From the human T2T-CHM13v2.0 reference genome, Homo sapiens: a stretch of 64,000 bases of DNA. Every line of letters starts with the position of its first letter. The stretch's first letter is position 1. The stretch lies in NCBI RefSeq assembly GCF_009914755.1, contig NC_060947.1. One strand, 5' to 3'. Shown here one piece after another: positions 21,590 to 34,279 of this stretch. Both the position numbers and the translations under genes were made by a program. Under the pieces are notes generated by a model. It worked only from the letters and a program-made list of their open reading frames with translations. It ran no database searches and was not told the origin of the DNA.

Positions 21590-22285
21590 AAAAATAGAAC
21601 TACCATACAACCCAGCAATCCCACTGCTGGGTATCTATCCAAAGGAAAAGAAATCAGTACATCAAAGGAATACCTGCACTCACATGTTTATAGCAGCACT
21701 ATTCACAATAGCCAAGATATGGAATCAATCTAAGTGCCCATCAGTGGATGAACGTATGGAGAAAATGTGGTATATACACACAATAGAATACTATCTGACC
21801 ACAGAAAAAAATAAAATCACGTCATTTGCAGCAACATGAATGGAACTGGAAGTCATCATGTTAAGTGAAATAAGCCAGGTGCTGAAAGACAAATTTCACA
21901 TGTTCTCACTTGCACATGGGAGCGAAAAAAGTTGATTTTAAGGACATAGAGGATAGACTGATAGATCCCAGAGACTGGGGAGATTGGGTAGGGTGGAAGG
22001 GGGTGTGAAGAGAGGTTGGTTATGGATACCATCACACAGTTAGAAGAATTAAGTTCTAATGTTTGGGTAGTGGATTAGGGCAACTATTCTTAAAACCAAT
22101 ACTGTTTACATTTCCAAGTAACTAGAAGAGAGGGGTTCAAATGATACCAACACATAAAACGATAAACACGCAAGGTGATGGGTACTCCAGTTACCCTGAC
22201 TTGATCATTATACATTCTTTGCATGTAAAAAACACTCACATGTACCCACATGTATGTAAATTATTCCATGTCAGTAAAAGGGGAA
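21590..22285 (+). mobile_element. L1MA/PB-type 3' end
   Basis: gaactaccata.aacccagcaatcccact through an L1MA-type 3'UTR. Confidence 0.85.
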
Positions 22286-22289
22286 GAAA

Positions 22290-23395
22290 AAGAAAATATA
22301 GGAGACAATCTTTGTGATAATAGATTAGGCAAAAAATTCTTATATCTGACACTAAAAGGATAAAGAAAGAAAAAACACCATAAAGAAAAAAACTGGTAAA
22401 TTGGACTTTGTCAAAATTAAAAACTTTTGCTCTTGCAAAGACCCAAGTTAAGAGTGTGAAAAGACAAACCACAGACTGAGAAAAAAATATTTGCAAAGCT
22501 TATATTTGATAAAGCATTTGTGTTAAGAATATATAAAGAATTCTCTGCTGGGCACAGTGGCTCATGCTTGTAACCCCATTGCTTTGTGCGTTGCCTTTTT
22601 GATTTCTGTTTCAGCTATTTCATAATTGGTGTCTGAAATTGCTACTGATTTCTGTATGTCAATTTTGTATCTGCAACTTTACTGAATGTGTTGGATCAGT
22701 TCCAACGGTTTTCTGGTGGGGTTCTTCTGTTTTTTCTAGATATAAGATTATGTTGTCTGGAAGGAAGGATATTTTGACTTCCTTTTTTCCAGTTTGAAAG
22801 ACTTTTATTTCATTTTCTTGCCTGATGGCTCTGGCTAGGACTTCCAGTACTGTGTTGAATAGAAGTGGTGAAAGTGGGGATCCTTGTCTTGTTCTAATTC
22901 TTAGTGGAAGGGCATTTAATTTTTCCCCACTTAGTATAATGTTAGCTATGAGTTTGTCACATATGGGCTTTATTATTTTAAGGTGTGGTCCTTCTATGCC
23001 TACTTTGTTGAGAGTTTTTTTTTTTTTTTATCATGAAGCGGAGTTGAATTTTGTCAAATGTTTTTTTCTGTGTCTATTGAGATGATCACATGGTTTCTGT
23101 CCTTTATTCTGTTGATGTGATGTATCATGTTTATTGATTTCTGTATGTTGAACCATCCTTACATCACTGGAATAAATCACACTTGATCATGGTGTATTTT
23201 CTTTTTGATGTGCTGTTGGATTTGGCTTGCCAGTATTTTGCTGAGGATTTTTGCATCTAAGTTCATCAGGGATATCGGCCAGTAGTTTTCTTTTTTTGTT
23301 GTGTCCTTGTCTGGTTGGGGTATCAGGGTAATGCTAGCCTCATAGAATGGGTTAGGGAGAATTCGCTCCTCTTTAATTTTTTTGAATAGTTTGGG
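22290..23395. mobile_element. Patchwork of old L1 (+, 22290-22545), an Alu 5' stub (22546-22588) and L1 ORF2 (-, 22590-23395)
   Basis: Minus ORF reads [39 protein letters not shown] (L1 RT). Confidence 0.75.
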
Positions 23396-23399
23396 GAGG

Positions 23400-26300
23400 T
23401 GCCATTGTCTACCAAATTCAAACACAAAATAAAGCCTTTAAATGAAAGAGGCCCATAGGTGACAATAAGGATCCCTGACACCCAATTCGCCAAGATCTCA
23501 AACAGGCTCTCTGACACTAGAAACTGAGATTTAGGTTTCCTCGACCACTTAGTAGCAGGGAAAACTGTTTCAGAACTATAGGTCATCTACACTCTCACCA
23601 CTTCTATTCAACGTAGAACTGGAAGTCCTAGCCAGAGCAATCAGACAAGAGAAATAAATAAAGGGCATCAAAATCAGTAAAGAGGGAGTCAAACTGTCAC
23701 TGTTTGTTGATGATATGATCGTATATCTGGAAAACCCTAAAGACTCCTCCAAAAAAGCTTCTGGAACTGATACACAAATTCAGCAAACTTTCAGGATACA
23801 AAATTAATGTACAAAAATCAGTAGCTCTGCTATACACCAACAGCAACCAAGCTGAGAATCAAATCAAGAACTCAACTCCTTTTACAATAGCTGAAAAAAT
23901 AAAATAAAATAAAATAAAATAAAATAAAATAAAATAAAATAAAATACTTGGACTATACCTAACCAAGGAGGTGAAAGACCTTTACAAGGAAAACTACAAA
24001 ACACTGCTGAAAGAAATCATAGATGACACCAACAAATGGAAACACATCCCATGCTCATGGATGGGTAGAATCAATATTGTGAAAATGACCACACTGCCAA
24101 AAGCAATCTACAAATTCCATGCAATTTCCATCAGAATACCACCATCATTCTTCACAGAACTAGAAAAGACAATCCTAAGATTCATATGGAACCAAAAAAG
24201 AGCCCGCATAGCCAAAGCAAGACTAAGCAAAAAGAACAAATCTGGAGGCATCACATTGCCGGACTTCAAACCATACTACAAGGCCATAGTCACCAAAACA
24301 GCATGGTACTGGTATAGAAATAGGCACACAGACCAATGGATCAGAATATAGAACCCAGAAATAAAGCCACATACTGACACCTAACTGATCTTTGACAAAG
24401 CAAACAAAAACTTGAAGTGGGGAAAGGACACCCTATTCAACAAAGGGTGCCGAGATAATTGACAAGCCACATGTAGAAGAATGAAACTGGATCCTCATCT
24501 CTCACCTTATACAAAAATCAACTCAAGGTGGATCAAGGACTTAAATCTAAGACCTGAAACTATGAAAATTCTAGAAGATAACATCGGAAAAACCCTTCTA
24601 GACATTGGCTTAGGCAAAGACTTCATGACCAAGAACTCAAAAGCAAATGCAACAAAAACAATGATAAATAGGTGGGACTTAATTAAACTAAAAAGTTTCT
24701 GCACAGCAAAAGGAATGGACAGCAGCATAAACAGGCAAGTCACAGAGTGGGAAAAAGTCTTCACAATCTATACATCCGAAAGAGGACTAATATCCAGAAT
24801 CTACAAGGAACTGAAACAAATTATCAAGAAAAAGACAAACAATCCCATGAAAAAATGGGCAAAGGACATGAATAGACAATTCTCAAAGAAGATATACAAA
24901 TGGCCAGCAAACATATGAAAAATGCTCAACATCACTAATGATCAGGGAAATGCAAATCAAAACCACAATGTGATACCACCTTACTCCTGCAAGAATGACC
25001 ATAATCAAAAAATAATAGATGTTGGCGGGGATGTGGTGAAAAGGAAACACTCTTACACTGCTGGTGGGAATGTAAGCAAGTACAAAGCACTAGTGCGCAA
25101 CTAGTACAAACCGTGGAAAAGAGAAGTGTGGAGATCCCTTAAAGAACTAAAAGTAGAACTACCATTTGATCCAGCAATCCCACTACTAGGTATCTACCCA
25201 GAGGAAAAGAAGTCATTATATGAAAAAGATACTTGCACTTGCATGTTTATAGCAGCAAATTTTGCAATTGCAAAAATATGGAACCAGCCCAAATGCCCAT
25301 CAATCAGTGAGTGGGTAAAAAAATTGTGGTGTGTATATATACCATGGAATACCACTCAGCTGTAAAAAGGAATGACATAGTGGCATTTGCAGCAATCTGG
25401 ATGGAATCGGAGACCATTACTCTAAGTGAAGTAACTCAGGAATGGAAAACCAAACATTGTATGTTGTCGCTCATAAATGGTTGCTAAGCTATGAGGATGC
25501 AAAGGCATAAGAATGATACGGTGGACTTTGGGGACTTGGGGGAAAAGGTTGGGAGGGGGTGAGGGATGAAAGACCACAAATTGGGTACAGTGTATACTGC
25601 TTGGGTGATGGGTGCACCAAAATCTCACAAGTCACCACTAAAGAACCTAGGTAACCAAACACCACCTTTTCCTGAAAACCGTATGGAAATAAAATGAAAA
25701 TGAACTATAGGACGTCTAATAATGGGCCATTTAAATGGCCCACAAGTATCCTTTTCTGGGTCAAATGCTGGGCCATTGATTTTCTATGGCTCTCCCACTA
25801 AATGGCCTCTCTACTTTCCCCAATCTTTGTCAATGGAATCGATAGCTCCATATAATAGAGACTTGGCCATCTTTGGTGCCACCCTCCAGGGTCATATGGC
25901 CATATACAACCCTGGTGGTCCATTGGTTCCCTCATAATACTCAACACTTTCTGGCCTTACTCAACACAGGTTCTCTGGTCACTTGGATTCCTGGGGATCC
26001 TTCCAAATTCAAGCAGAGGATTCTTTTTCACCAAGGTGGATTATAGGCTATAGAAGCAAGGGTATGCCACCCCCTGCCAGCCCTCACCATTGAGACCATT
26101 ATTCTGTGTGATTTTTACCATGGTCATAGCACCCATCAAATTCGCCAGCCTGATCATTTGCACTGATGCCCTGACTCAAAGGACAACAGGATGGGTCAAA
26201 CTAAACACGGTTGTGTTAATTATTGGAGCCAAATGGACCCCAGTAATACTTTCCATATGGGTGAAATTTGTCAATCCCCACAAATATATGAATATATTTG

Positions 26301-28045
26301 GACTCCAAGTCATGGATTCCCAACTCTGATTCCCATTTCCTGAGCACAACCTCCATACTGCATTTCTGTGTCCTTTTTTTTTTTTTTTTTTTTACCCAAA
26401 TGCAATCCACAAAGAGTTGACACCTGGACCCAAGGCAGGATAATACACTGGGATCCTCTGGCCATAGATGGAACAGTGAAATATCCAACATGACTTTTCT
26501 ACTTTTTCTGGAAAGCAGGCACTACCACTTTCTAAGGCTTTCCACAGTTATGATGGATTTAAAGGTTAGCTAATTACAGGCCCTTCCCAACAGGAAATAA
26601 AAGTGTTGGCCTATAGACCCATGCCTACCACCATGTAGATCTTGCAGAAAGGAGAGAACGATGGCTATCACTGGCCTAGCTATGCCTGATATGGCTGGTG
26701 GCTTGGATCTGGGACACAGTTTCCCCTACTCAATGCCAGGCTACCAAGGCAGTATTGCACCCACAGTGTCATCTCTATCCGTAGTGTACAACTAGTCCTC
26801 TGCAAAACCATTGACTAGGCATATGAACAGTATCCAGACCAGCCATCAGGATGAATAAAAAATAATGTGGTCCTACACTGGTTGTGCTCCCTGGAGCTAC
26901 CTTTAGCGTAGTTATGATGATAGACTTTCTGACCTTGACCTGTGCCTCCAAGTCCTGGATTTGGCTCAAGAGTCATACTGGCCCTGGGAGGCCATCGCCA
27001 CATCCTGGATGATGACTACAGCCCAGCCAACCAAAGTATCTCAAAGGATGACCACAGTCCAAACAACCACCACCTTCTAGACTCCTGGGTTATAACCCTC
27101 TCCTTCCCCATCCTCCTCATTGTGTGCATAAAACCACACTTTTAAGACCAGCCTCACTAGAGTTTCCATACCCACCCTAGGAGAACAAAGCCCATTTCCA
27201 CTAAGGCTAAAACCTTGTCCCCGTGTGCCTCCTGAGGCAAGGCTACTGCTTGAGGCTACCTACCCCCTGTGATAATCTGTGTGTATACATAGCTGAAGTT
27301 ACATCCCAAAGGCTGGACCTCACACAATGCCAGGCCTGCTTCCTGCCCCCAGGAACAGACCCCCCCCTCTTATTTGCTGACCCAAAGCTCATGAAACAAA
27401 CCCATAAAGCCATCCATAGCAAACGTTATCGTTTTAAGGCCGTGGCTTTCCCTCTATGCTGTCCAGGTCCAGATCAAGGGGATGCTGATGTATCAGGTCT
27501 GGTCCCAGGCCCATGATTGCAGGTCAGGCACCTATCCAAATGCATGTGCTCCTATTTGTTTGCCTATGCCCACACAGCATAAGCAGACATAATACCCCAC
27601 ATAATAAAGGAACCTCCAGGTAAACCTGAGAGTGGCATGTGCCAGTCTCCTAGATAACTCCCGCCTGCTAAGCTCACTCTTAGAAATCTCGCCTGCACAT
27701 TGCTAACACTGCTCTTCCTCACTCCACTCACTCCTCAGCCGCCCCTGCACTCTGTGGGCTGTCAGAAATTGGTCCATTCCCCCTCCCCCGACACTATTAA
27801 AAACTCCTACAGGGGGGCTCCTTATCCTGTATATATTTCCAGGTGCTCCACTCCCTCCCCCACACCTCCCTCTCCCTTCCTCGGGGACGCCCCTCACTTT
27901 AACTACCCCCGGGTGACTAATACACCTTTGAAATACTTGAGATAATTGCTGGCTCTGGTGTGGAGTGTGTTGACACTGATACCTTTAAAAGGAGGGGAGC
28001 AGCAGACCTGGCAGCTAGCCAGGTCATCGGGCTGTACCACCGTCA
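23400..28045 (-). mobile_element. Possible highly degenerate LTR-retroelement internal region (ERVL/Gypsy-like), split by an L1PB
   Basis: Weak minus-strand motif echoes in gag-protease-RT order (LESGSAC ~26530, PPGLYMAI.PWRV ~25890, ILANW ~23490); not a firm match. Confidence 0.35.
23583..25701 (+). mobile_element. 5'-truncated L1PB
   Basis: ORF2 C-terminal ORFs ([15 protein letters not shown]..., [20 protein letters not shown]), internal (TAAAA)n, PB-type 3'UTR; TSD gaactatagg at 23573-23582 and 25702-25711. Confidence 0.92.
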
Positions 28046-28460
28046 ATAGGAGAATAAACACACTGTGATGTACTCGTACAATGGAATACTACTCAGCAAT
28101 AAAAACTAACAGACTGTCAATGCACACAACAACAAGGATGAATCTCAAAAAACGTTAAGTTGAGCAAAAGAAGCCTGAAAAAAATGAGCACTGTGGCTCA
28201 GTTTCTATAAAGTTGCGGAAGAGGCAAAATTAATCTGCGGTGATAGAAATCAGAAAAGGGGTTGCCGCTGGAGGGATGGGTGGATACTGACTGACTGCGA
28301 AGCAACGCAAGGGAACTTTCTGGGGCGATTGAAGTCGTCTCTATTCTGATCTGTGTGACAGTTACCAAAGTGAATGCATTGGACAAAAATCAGCCATCTC
28401 TATACTTAACCATTTGGATTTGTGCATTTTTGTGCATGTAATTTATGCTCCCAATTTAAA
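28046..28460 (+). mobile_element. L1ME-type 3' end
   Basis: atggaatactactcagcaataaaa...ggatgaatctcaaaaa...aagttgagcaaaagaagcc. Confidence 0.75.
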
Positions 28461-29183
28461 GTGCTGCCAGTATAAGAAAAGGAATAAAACAAAAAAAAAA
28501 TTGCTACCCCAACTTTCTTTTTGTTTTATATTGTTTTCCACACTTTTGTTCTCAATCTTTCTGTTTTTTATTTTTATTTTTTATTTTTTTGATGTAAACG
28601 TGTTTCTTGGTTCTCATTTTAAAAATCCAACCTGAGGGTCTCTTTTAATTGGTGAATGTAGCAGATTCACAATTACATTTACTGTAATTATTTTGCATTA
28701 AGACTTACTCACGCTGTGTTATTAGGCCATATATGAACAACCCATAGCCCAACAGCCTGAGATCTATTTGGAAGCTTCAATGAACAGAGCTGGGATGGAA
28801 CTATATGGGTGACCCTTGTTTCCTGACCAGGGTCAAACTGAACTTGCCAGTTGAGAATTTTCTTATGGACGGAACAGAATAGGACATGCAGCTAATCTTA
28901 CGCATTTCTGAATAGTAAGAACTCAGAGGGGAACTTGCCATGATGTAAATTATGTGTATGATAAAGATATCCTAATTAGAACAGTGTTGTGCTGGCTCTT
29001 GAGATAAATAGGTCAACAGAAAAGAACACAAAACCCAGAGACAGACCTTTGCATGTAGGGAATTTGATAAGTTTAACATTTGTTGGCACTGCAAGTCAGT
29101 GTTGCAATGATGGACATTTGATAGAAAGTACGTACTTCCAACCCCCCAAATAGAAAGCCCCACTCCAAAGGTGACCACTCTTA

Positions 29184-29361
29184 GGCCGGGCGCGGTGGCT
29201 CACGCCTGTAATCCCAGCTCTCAGGGAGGCAAGAGGCGGGAGGATAGCTTGAGCCCAGGAGTTCGAGACCTGCCTGGGCAATATAGCGAGACCCCATTCT
29301 CCAGAAAAAGGAAAAAAACAAAAAACAAAAAACAAAAGACAAAAAAAAAAAAATAAGCGTA
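29184..29361 (+). pseudogene. BC200 (BCYRN1) retrocopy
   Basis: BC200-diagnostic monomer (cccagctctcagggagg...ggatagcttgagcccagg...cctgcctgggcaatatagcgagacccc.ttctccagaaaaagg), A-rich domain with acaaaagac, then taagcgta; TSD caaaggtgaccac(t/a)ctta at 29166-29183 and 29363-29380. Confidence 0.92.
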
Positions 29362-29733
29362 GCAAAGGTGACCACACTTAAAAGGTTGATGCGTATCCTT
29401 TTAGACCTGTTCTATGCTTTTACACTAGTGTATTTTTACCCACAGAAATGTATGATTGAGTTTTGCTTTGTCTGACTAAATGATGACAATCCTATATATT
29501 GTTCCTCAACATTTTAAAACTCAAGAATAGATGTTTTTTCACGTCATACCTGTAAATCTTCCTTAATCTTTCAACTTACACATGGTAGTTAGTCACAGTG
29601 TAGTTTTTAAAAGCATTCTCTTATTGATGAATATTTCTGTTATTTTCAATTTTGGTAACCATTATATACAAGACAGCAATGACAATTCTTGCACACATCT
29701 CCTTGTGCATAGGATTGGGTGGTTCTCTAGGAT

Positions 29734-29926
29734 TAGGGTTGCCAGAGTTAGCAAATAAAAGTACAGGAAACCCAGTTACATTTGAATTTCTTAGCATTTA
29801 GTAAGTGTTTTAGTGTAAGAATGCCTCAAATATTGCATACAGGACACACTTACACTAAAAAAGTATTTGCTGTGGATCTGAAATTCAAGCTTAACTGGGA
29901 GTCCATTATTTTATTTGGTACCAATA
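29734..29926. mobile_element. MER53 palindromic DNA transposon (MITE)
   Basis: tagggttgccaga.ttagcaaataaaa.tacagga...ttttagtgtaag...cttacactaaaa...ttaactggg; imperfect self-complementarity. Confidence 0.85.
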
Positions 29927-30131
29927 TGAAGGATGAATACCTATAAGTGAATTTTTGTTGTTGAGTGTATACGCATTTAAAATTTTACAGCTGATTGACA
30001 GTCTTTACAATTGTGTTTTGCCATATTTGATATGAATCTACTTAAAAATGGATTTGCTGTATGTTGGGTAAATAATTGTATCTCTTTGTCGTTTTATGAG
30101 TATTTCCCTGATTGTTGGTGGGATCAAAGAA

Positions 30132-30418
<287 letters not shown>

Positions 30419-31043
30419 GGCCATCTGAATTTCTGACTCTGGGGAGTAGGTCCATAAGTTTTGCCCGTTTTCTACCTTTTCTTTACTTTTTTAGAGCGGG
30501 CCAGTGTGAGCAGTGTGTGGGGCGGTAAAGGGAGGCAGGGCATAGGCCTATGCTGCTGCAGAGAGAAGCAGAGAGAGAGCATGAGGAGAAGGAAGCTTGA
30601 ATGCGTCACTCAGCCTGAGTATGCCTAGCAAGCACACTGCTCTCAGCTTGGGTCATCCTCTGGTGGCCCCTCTTCAAAAGTGTAAAGCATTTTGGCCTTG
30701 GCTTTTCCCCTTTCCTTGGCCTGCAGAGGCCCTCTCAGGTCTGTCTGTGGACAGAGTAGTGGATTGGATAGCTTTTTGAGGAGGTTGGGTGACTTTGTCG
30801 TGGGGAGAACAGAGAACAGTTGTGAACAAATACTACAGTGGGGAGCGTTCCAGGGAACAGAGCTCTCCTTCACCTCACAGGCTAAAACCCTCCACATGGC
30901 CAGCAGTTGGGTTCAGCGGGCAATGTAGAGAGGATTCTATAGTACTTACAGTATCTTAATGAGAGTCTGCAGCCAAAGACTCACCAAGGACAGTTTTAAA
31001 GAAATCTGTATGATTCCCACTACTGTGTGTTGCAATGATTTCT

Positions 31044-31358
<315 letters not shown>

Positions 31359-31638
31359 CATTGCAATGATTTCTAATGCATATCTCTTGTTTGTGTTGTC
31401 TGCATTTTTCCAGGCTTCTTTAAATATAAAAAGCCCTTATGGAAGCAAAACCATGTGAATAATTTGATCGATAATGACAAGACGTTTGATGAAATTTAAA
31501 GTACATTTGCAAACAAGAAGAAGAAGAGGAAGAAGATGAAGGAGGAGGAGGAGGAGTCGGCGGCGAAGGTGAAGAAGAAAAGAAAGCCTGCTAGAAAGTT
31601 TGGTTTAGAGGGAAACATCTCCAGGTTGATAAGTGGTA

Positions 31639-32300
31639 TGTGAGTCGGGGCCCAACCAGGAGACGGAAACCGTGCAGGTTATTTGGACAGAGCACAGTGA
31701 GTAGAAAACATGGCTAAGTGGTAGAAGGGGGTTACCTCCTAAAAGGCACAAAAGAGAACTTTAAGGGGTCCAGGAGTAGCAGTTGCAAAAGAGCAGCTAC
31801 TACCTCTAGGATGAGGAATAGCAGGCAATAAAGGAGTAGGAGAGTTCACCGTTCCTCCCGAGCTGAGAATCAGACCTCTTTGAAGAGGATGTAGCTGCCA
31901 AAAGAACTTGCAGCCTGCCAGTGGTGTCGAAACTTACCAGAGAGTGTGGGCCTTTGCTGGTCTGTAGAAGAGACCACCAAGGCAGGAAGGTGGTGGGTGG
32001 TGGTGGTGCATGGGAAGGCTGGAGCTGCTCAGAGGCAACTGATAGTGGGGAAATCATGGTCTGGAGGTGCAGCTGGAGCTTGTCTGCACTGGTCTCTGAC
32101 CTCCTTCAGTGAATATCATCAAACGGGAGACTGCTACTAGCAGGAGGGACGAATTTTCCTGCTGGGATTCGTAGGGTCACCCCCAGTGCTCTCTATGGCC
32201 AGAGCCTAACATTCTGTTAGCTGGCATAGGAGAAAGACTCACAAGGATCATCTCTAGTGTGACAAAGCAGGGCAAAGAAGGAGTAACTTGGACCTGACAG
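31639..32300. mobile_element. Old LTR (MaLR/ERVL-type) fragment
   Basis: tgtgagtcggggcccaaccaggagacggaaacc resembles the terminus of MLT/ERVL LTRs. Confidence 0.4.
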
Positions 32301-32379
32301 ACAACACGTTGATAAATGTCACAATCGGTATCCAAAACCAACAACATATTTAGCCCCAAATGAACGGAGTCCTTCCCGT

Positions 32380-33170
32380 TAAGAGTGGGAACAAGGACAA
32401 CAAAAAAGTTTCACATCACCGCTATTAGCTAACAGGGTACCACGGTCCTAGTCAATGTAATAAGAAAAGGGAAAATGAATACTGTATTAATAATATGCAG
32501 AGACTGTGATTGCCTACCTAGAAAACGCGCGAGAATCCACTGAAAAAGCATTCTAATTAAGGAGAGGGGATATTAAGATGGCCGTATGCCCCAAAGTATA
32601 CAAAACCAGTAGGCTTCCTATATGTCAGAAATAAGTAATTAGAAGACATAATGGGAAATACACAATTCATAGCAGCAATGAAACTAAAAAGACTGCCATG
32701 GACAAACTTAAGAATTATGCAAAAGCTATATAAAGCAAACTAAAAGGTGATTGAAGTACCCTGATTAAAGAGCAGAATCAATGGAAGAACATGAAGAACA
32801 TGCTATATTTTGTGGCTGAGGACCCTCCATCTTCTCATGTTAATGAGATGTTAATTATTCTCATAGTAAACTATAAGTCCTAAGAAATTCTAGTTAAAAT
32901 TCAAGCCAGGGAATTTTTTTTAACTTGAAAACTTTGATTTTGAAGTTCTTACAGATGACGACATTTTCCAAAATATTTTGAAGAAATTTTGTAAAAGAAG
33001 AATAGTGAGGGGGGAGTTAGTTCTACTCACACAAAAACAATTTCTAAATCTTTATAGCAGAATTAGCAACAACAGAATTTAGATCAATGGAAGAAATTTG
33101 AAGTGCAAGCGTGGACATTATATGGAAATTTAGTACGTGTTATTTCGAGGTATAACAATTGCTGTATAAA
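32380..33170 (+). mobile_element. Ancient L1M ORF2 fragment
   Basis: atgcagagactgtgattgcctacctagaaaac ([11 protein letters not shown]-like) and downstream ORF2 echoes. Confidence 0.65.
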
Positions 33171-33178
33171 AGTCGACC

Positions 33179-33474
33179 GTAATCCCAGCACTTTGGGAGG
33201 CCGATGAGGGCGGGCCTGAGGTCAGGAGTTCAAGACCAGCGTGGCCAACATGGCAAAACCCCGTCTCTACTAAAAGTACAAATATTAGCCGGGCGTGGTG
33301 GCGGGCGCCTGTAATCCCAGCTACTCAGGAGGCTGAGGCAGGAGAAGCTTGAACCCAGGAGGCGGAGGTTGCAGTGAGCCAAGATCGCACCACTGCACTC
33401 CAGCCTGGGTGACAAGAGCGAGACTCCGTCTCAATAGCAGCAATAACAACAACAACAACAACGACGACGACGAC
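33179..33474 (+). mobile_element. 5'-truncated AluS with tail converted to (AAC)n(GAC)n
   Basis: Alu from gtaatcccagc; direct repeat gtcgaccgt at 33172-33180 and 33475-33483. Confidence 0.9.
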
Positions 33475-34279
33475 GTCGACCGTTTTGTTATGTGTGAGGA
33501 GGCTATACTGGTTACTGTCTAGAAAGGTTAGGATGAAAGAAAGGAATGCTAAGTTGTACCACGATACAATAAGAGAATGCACTTGCTAGGGTGGAGGAGT
33601 CTTCTTGCTATTTATTTGCAGGCTTCCTAGGGGCTGACCTCAAAGCAGGAGTCGATTTAAGGTCCCCGAATCGCAGATGAGAGGTGAAATGGGAGAGAGC
33701 GCTCTGTAGAGAAAGGATGAGGCGCAGTGACATGAGAGTAAGAGAGGCAAGAAGAGGATGTCATTATGGGAATGGTGGTTTGCAAAGTTAGATTACAATT
33801 AACAATAACTTTCCAGACTGTGTAGGAGAGAAAGAATACGCAAGAGAACTGATGTTGTGCACCCCAGATCCACTGATCATAAAGAAAAGGAAACACATCT
33901 TCAGTTCTCCATGGAGGTCACTTGTTTCCCGGGTCCTTCCTCCACATCTAGATGACCACACAGGGTGCAAGCAATGTAGATGCGATGTACACTATAATAA
34001 TGAAACGAACGCAAAGGAAAACTCACTAAGTGCTTACTCTAGGCCAGGCACTGAGCAAAGCAACTTCAGGTAGATGATCTGAAGAGGAAGCTGCAGAGGC
34101 AGCCGCTGGACAGAAATGCCTACGCTCTTAGGAGCCTTCTCCACAGGAGAGAAGGAGGGATACGAAGATAATCCAGAATGATCGGATTCATCACAACAAC
34201 AGGTAACAGTTATTAAGCGCTTACACTGGGCCTGGCTTTTAGGCTTATGGTCTCTTTCAAGCCTCACATGAGCAGCCCC

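Noticed and set aside
31515-31585. GAA/GAG-rich acidic codon-like stretch
   Set aside because: It is low-complexity sequence with no supporting ORF or splice context.
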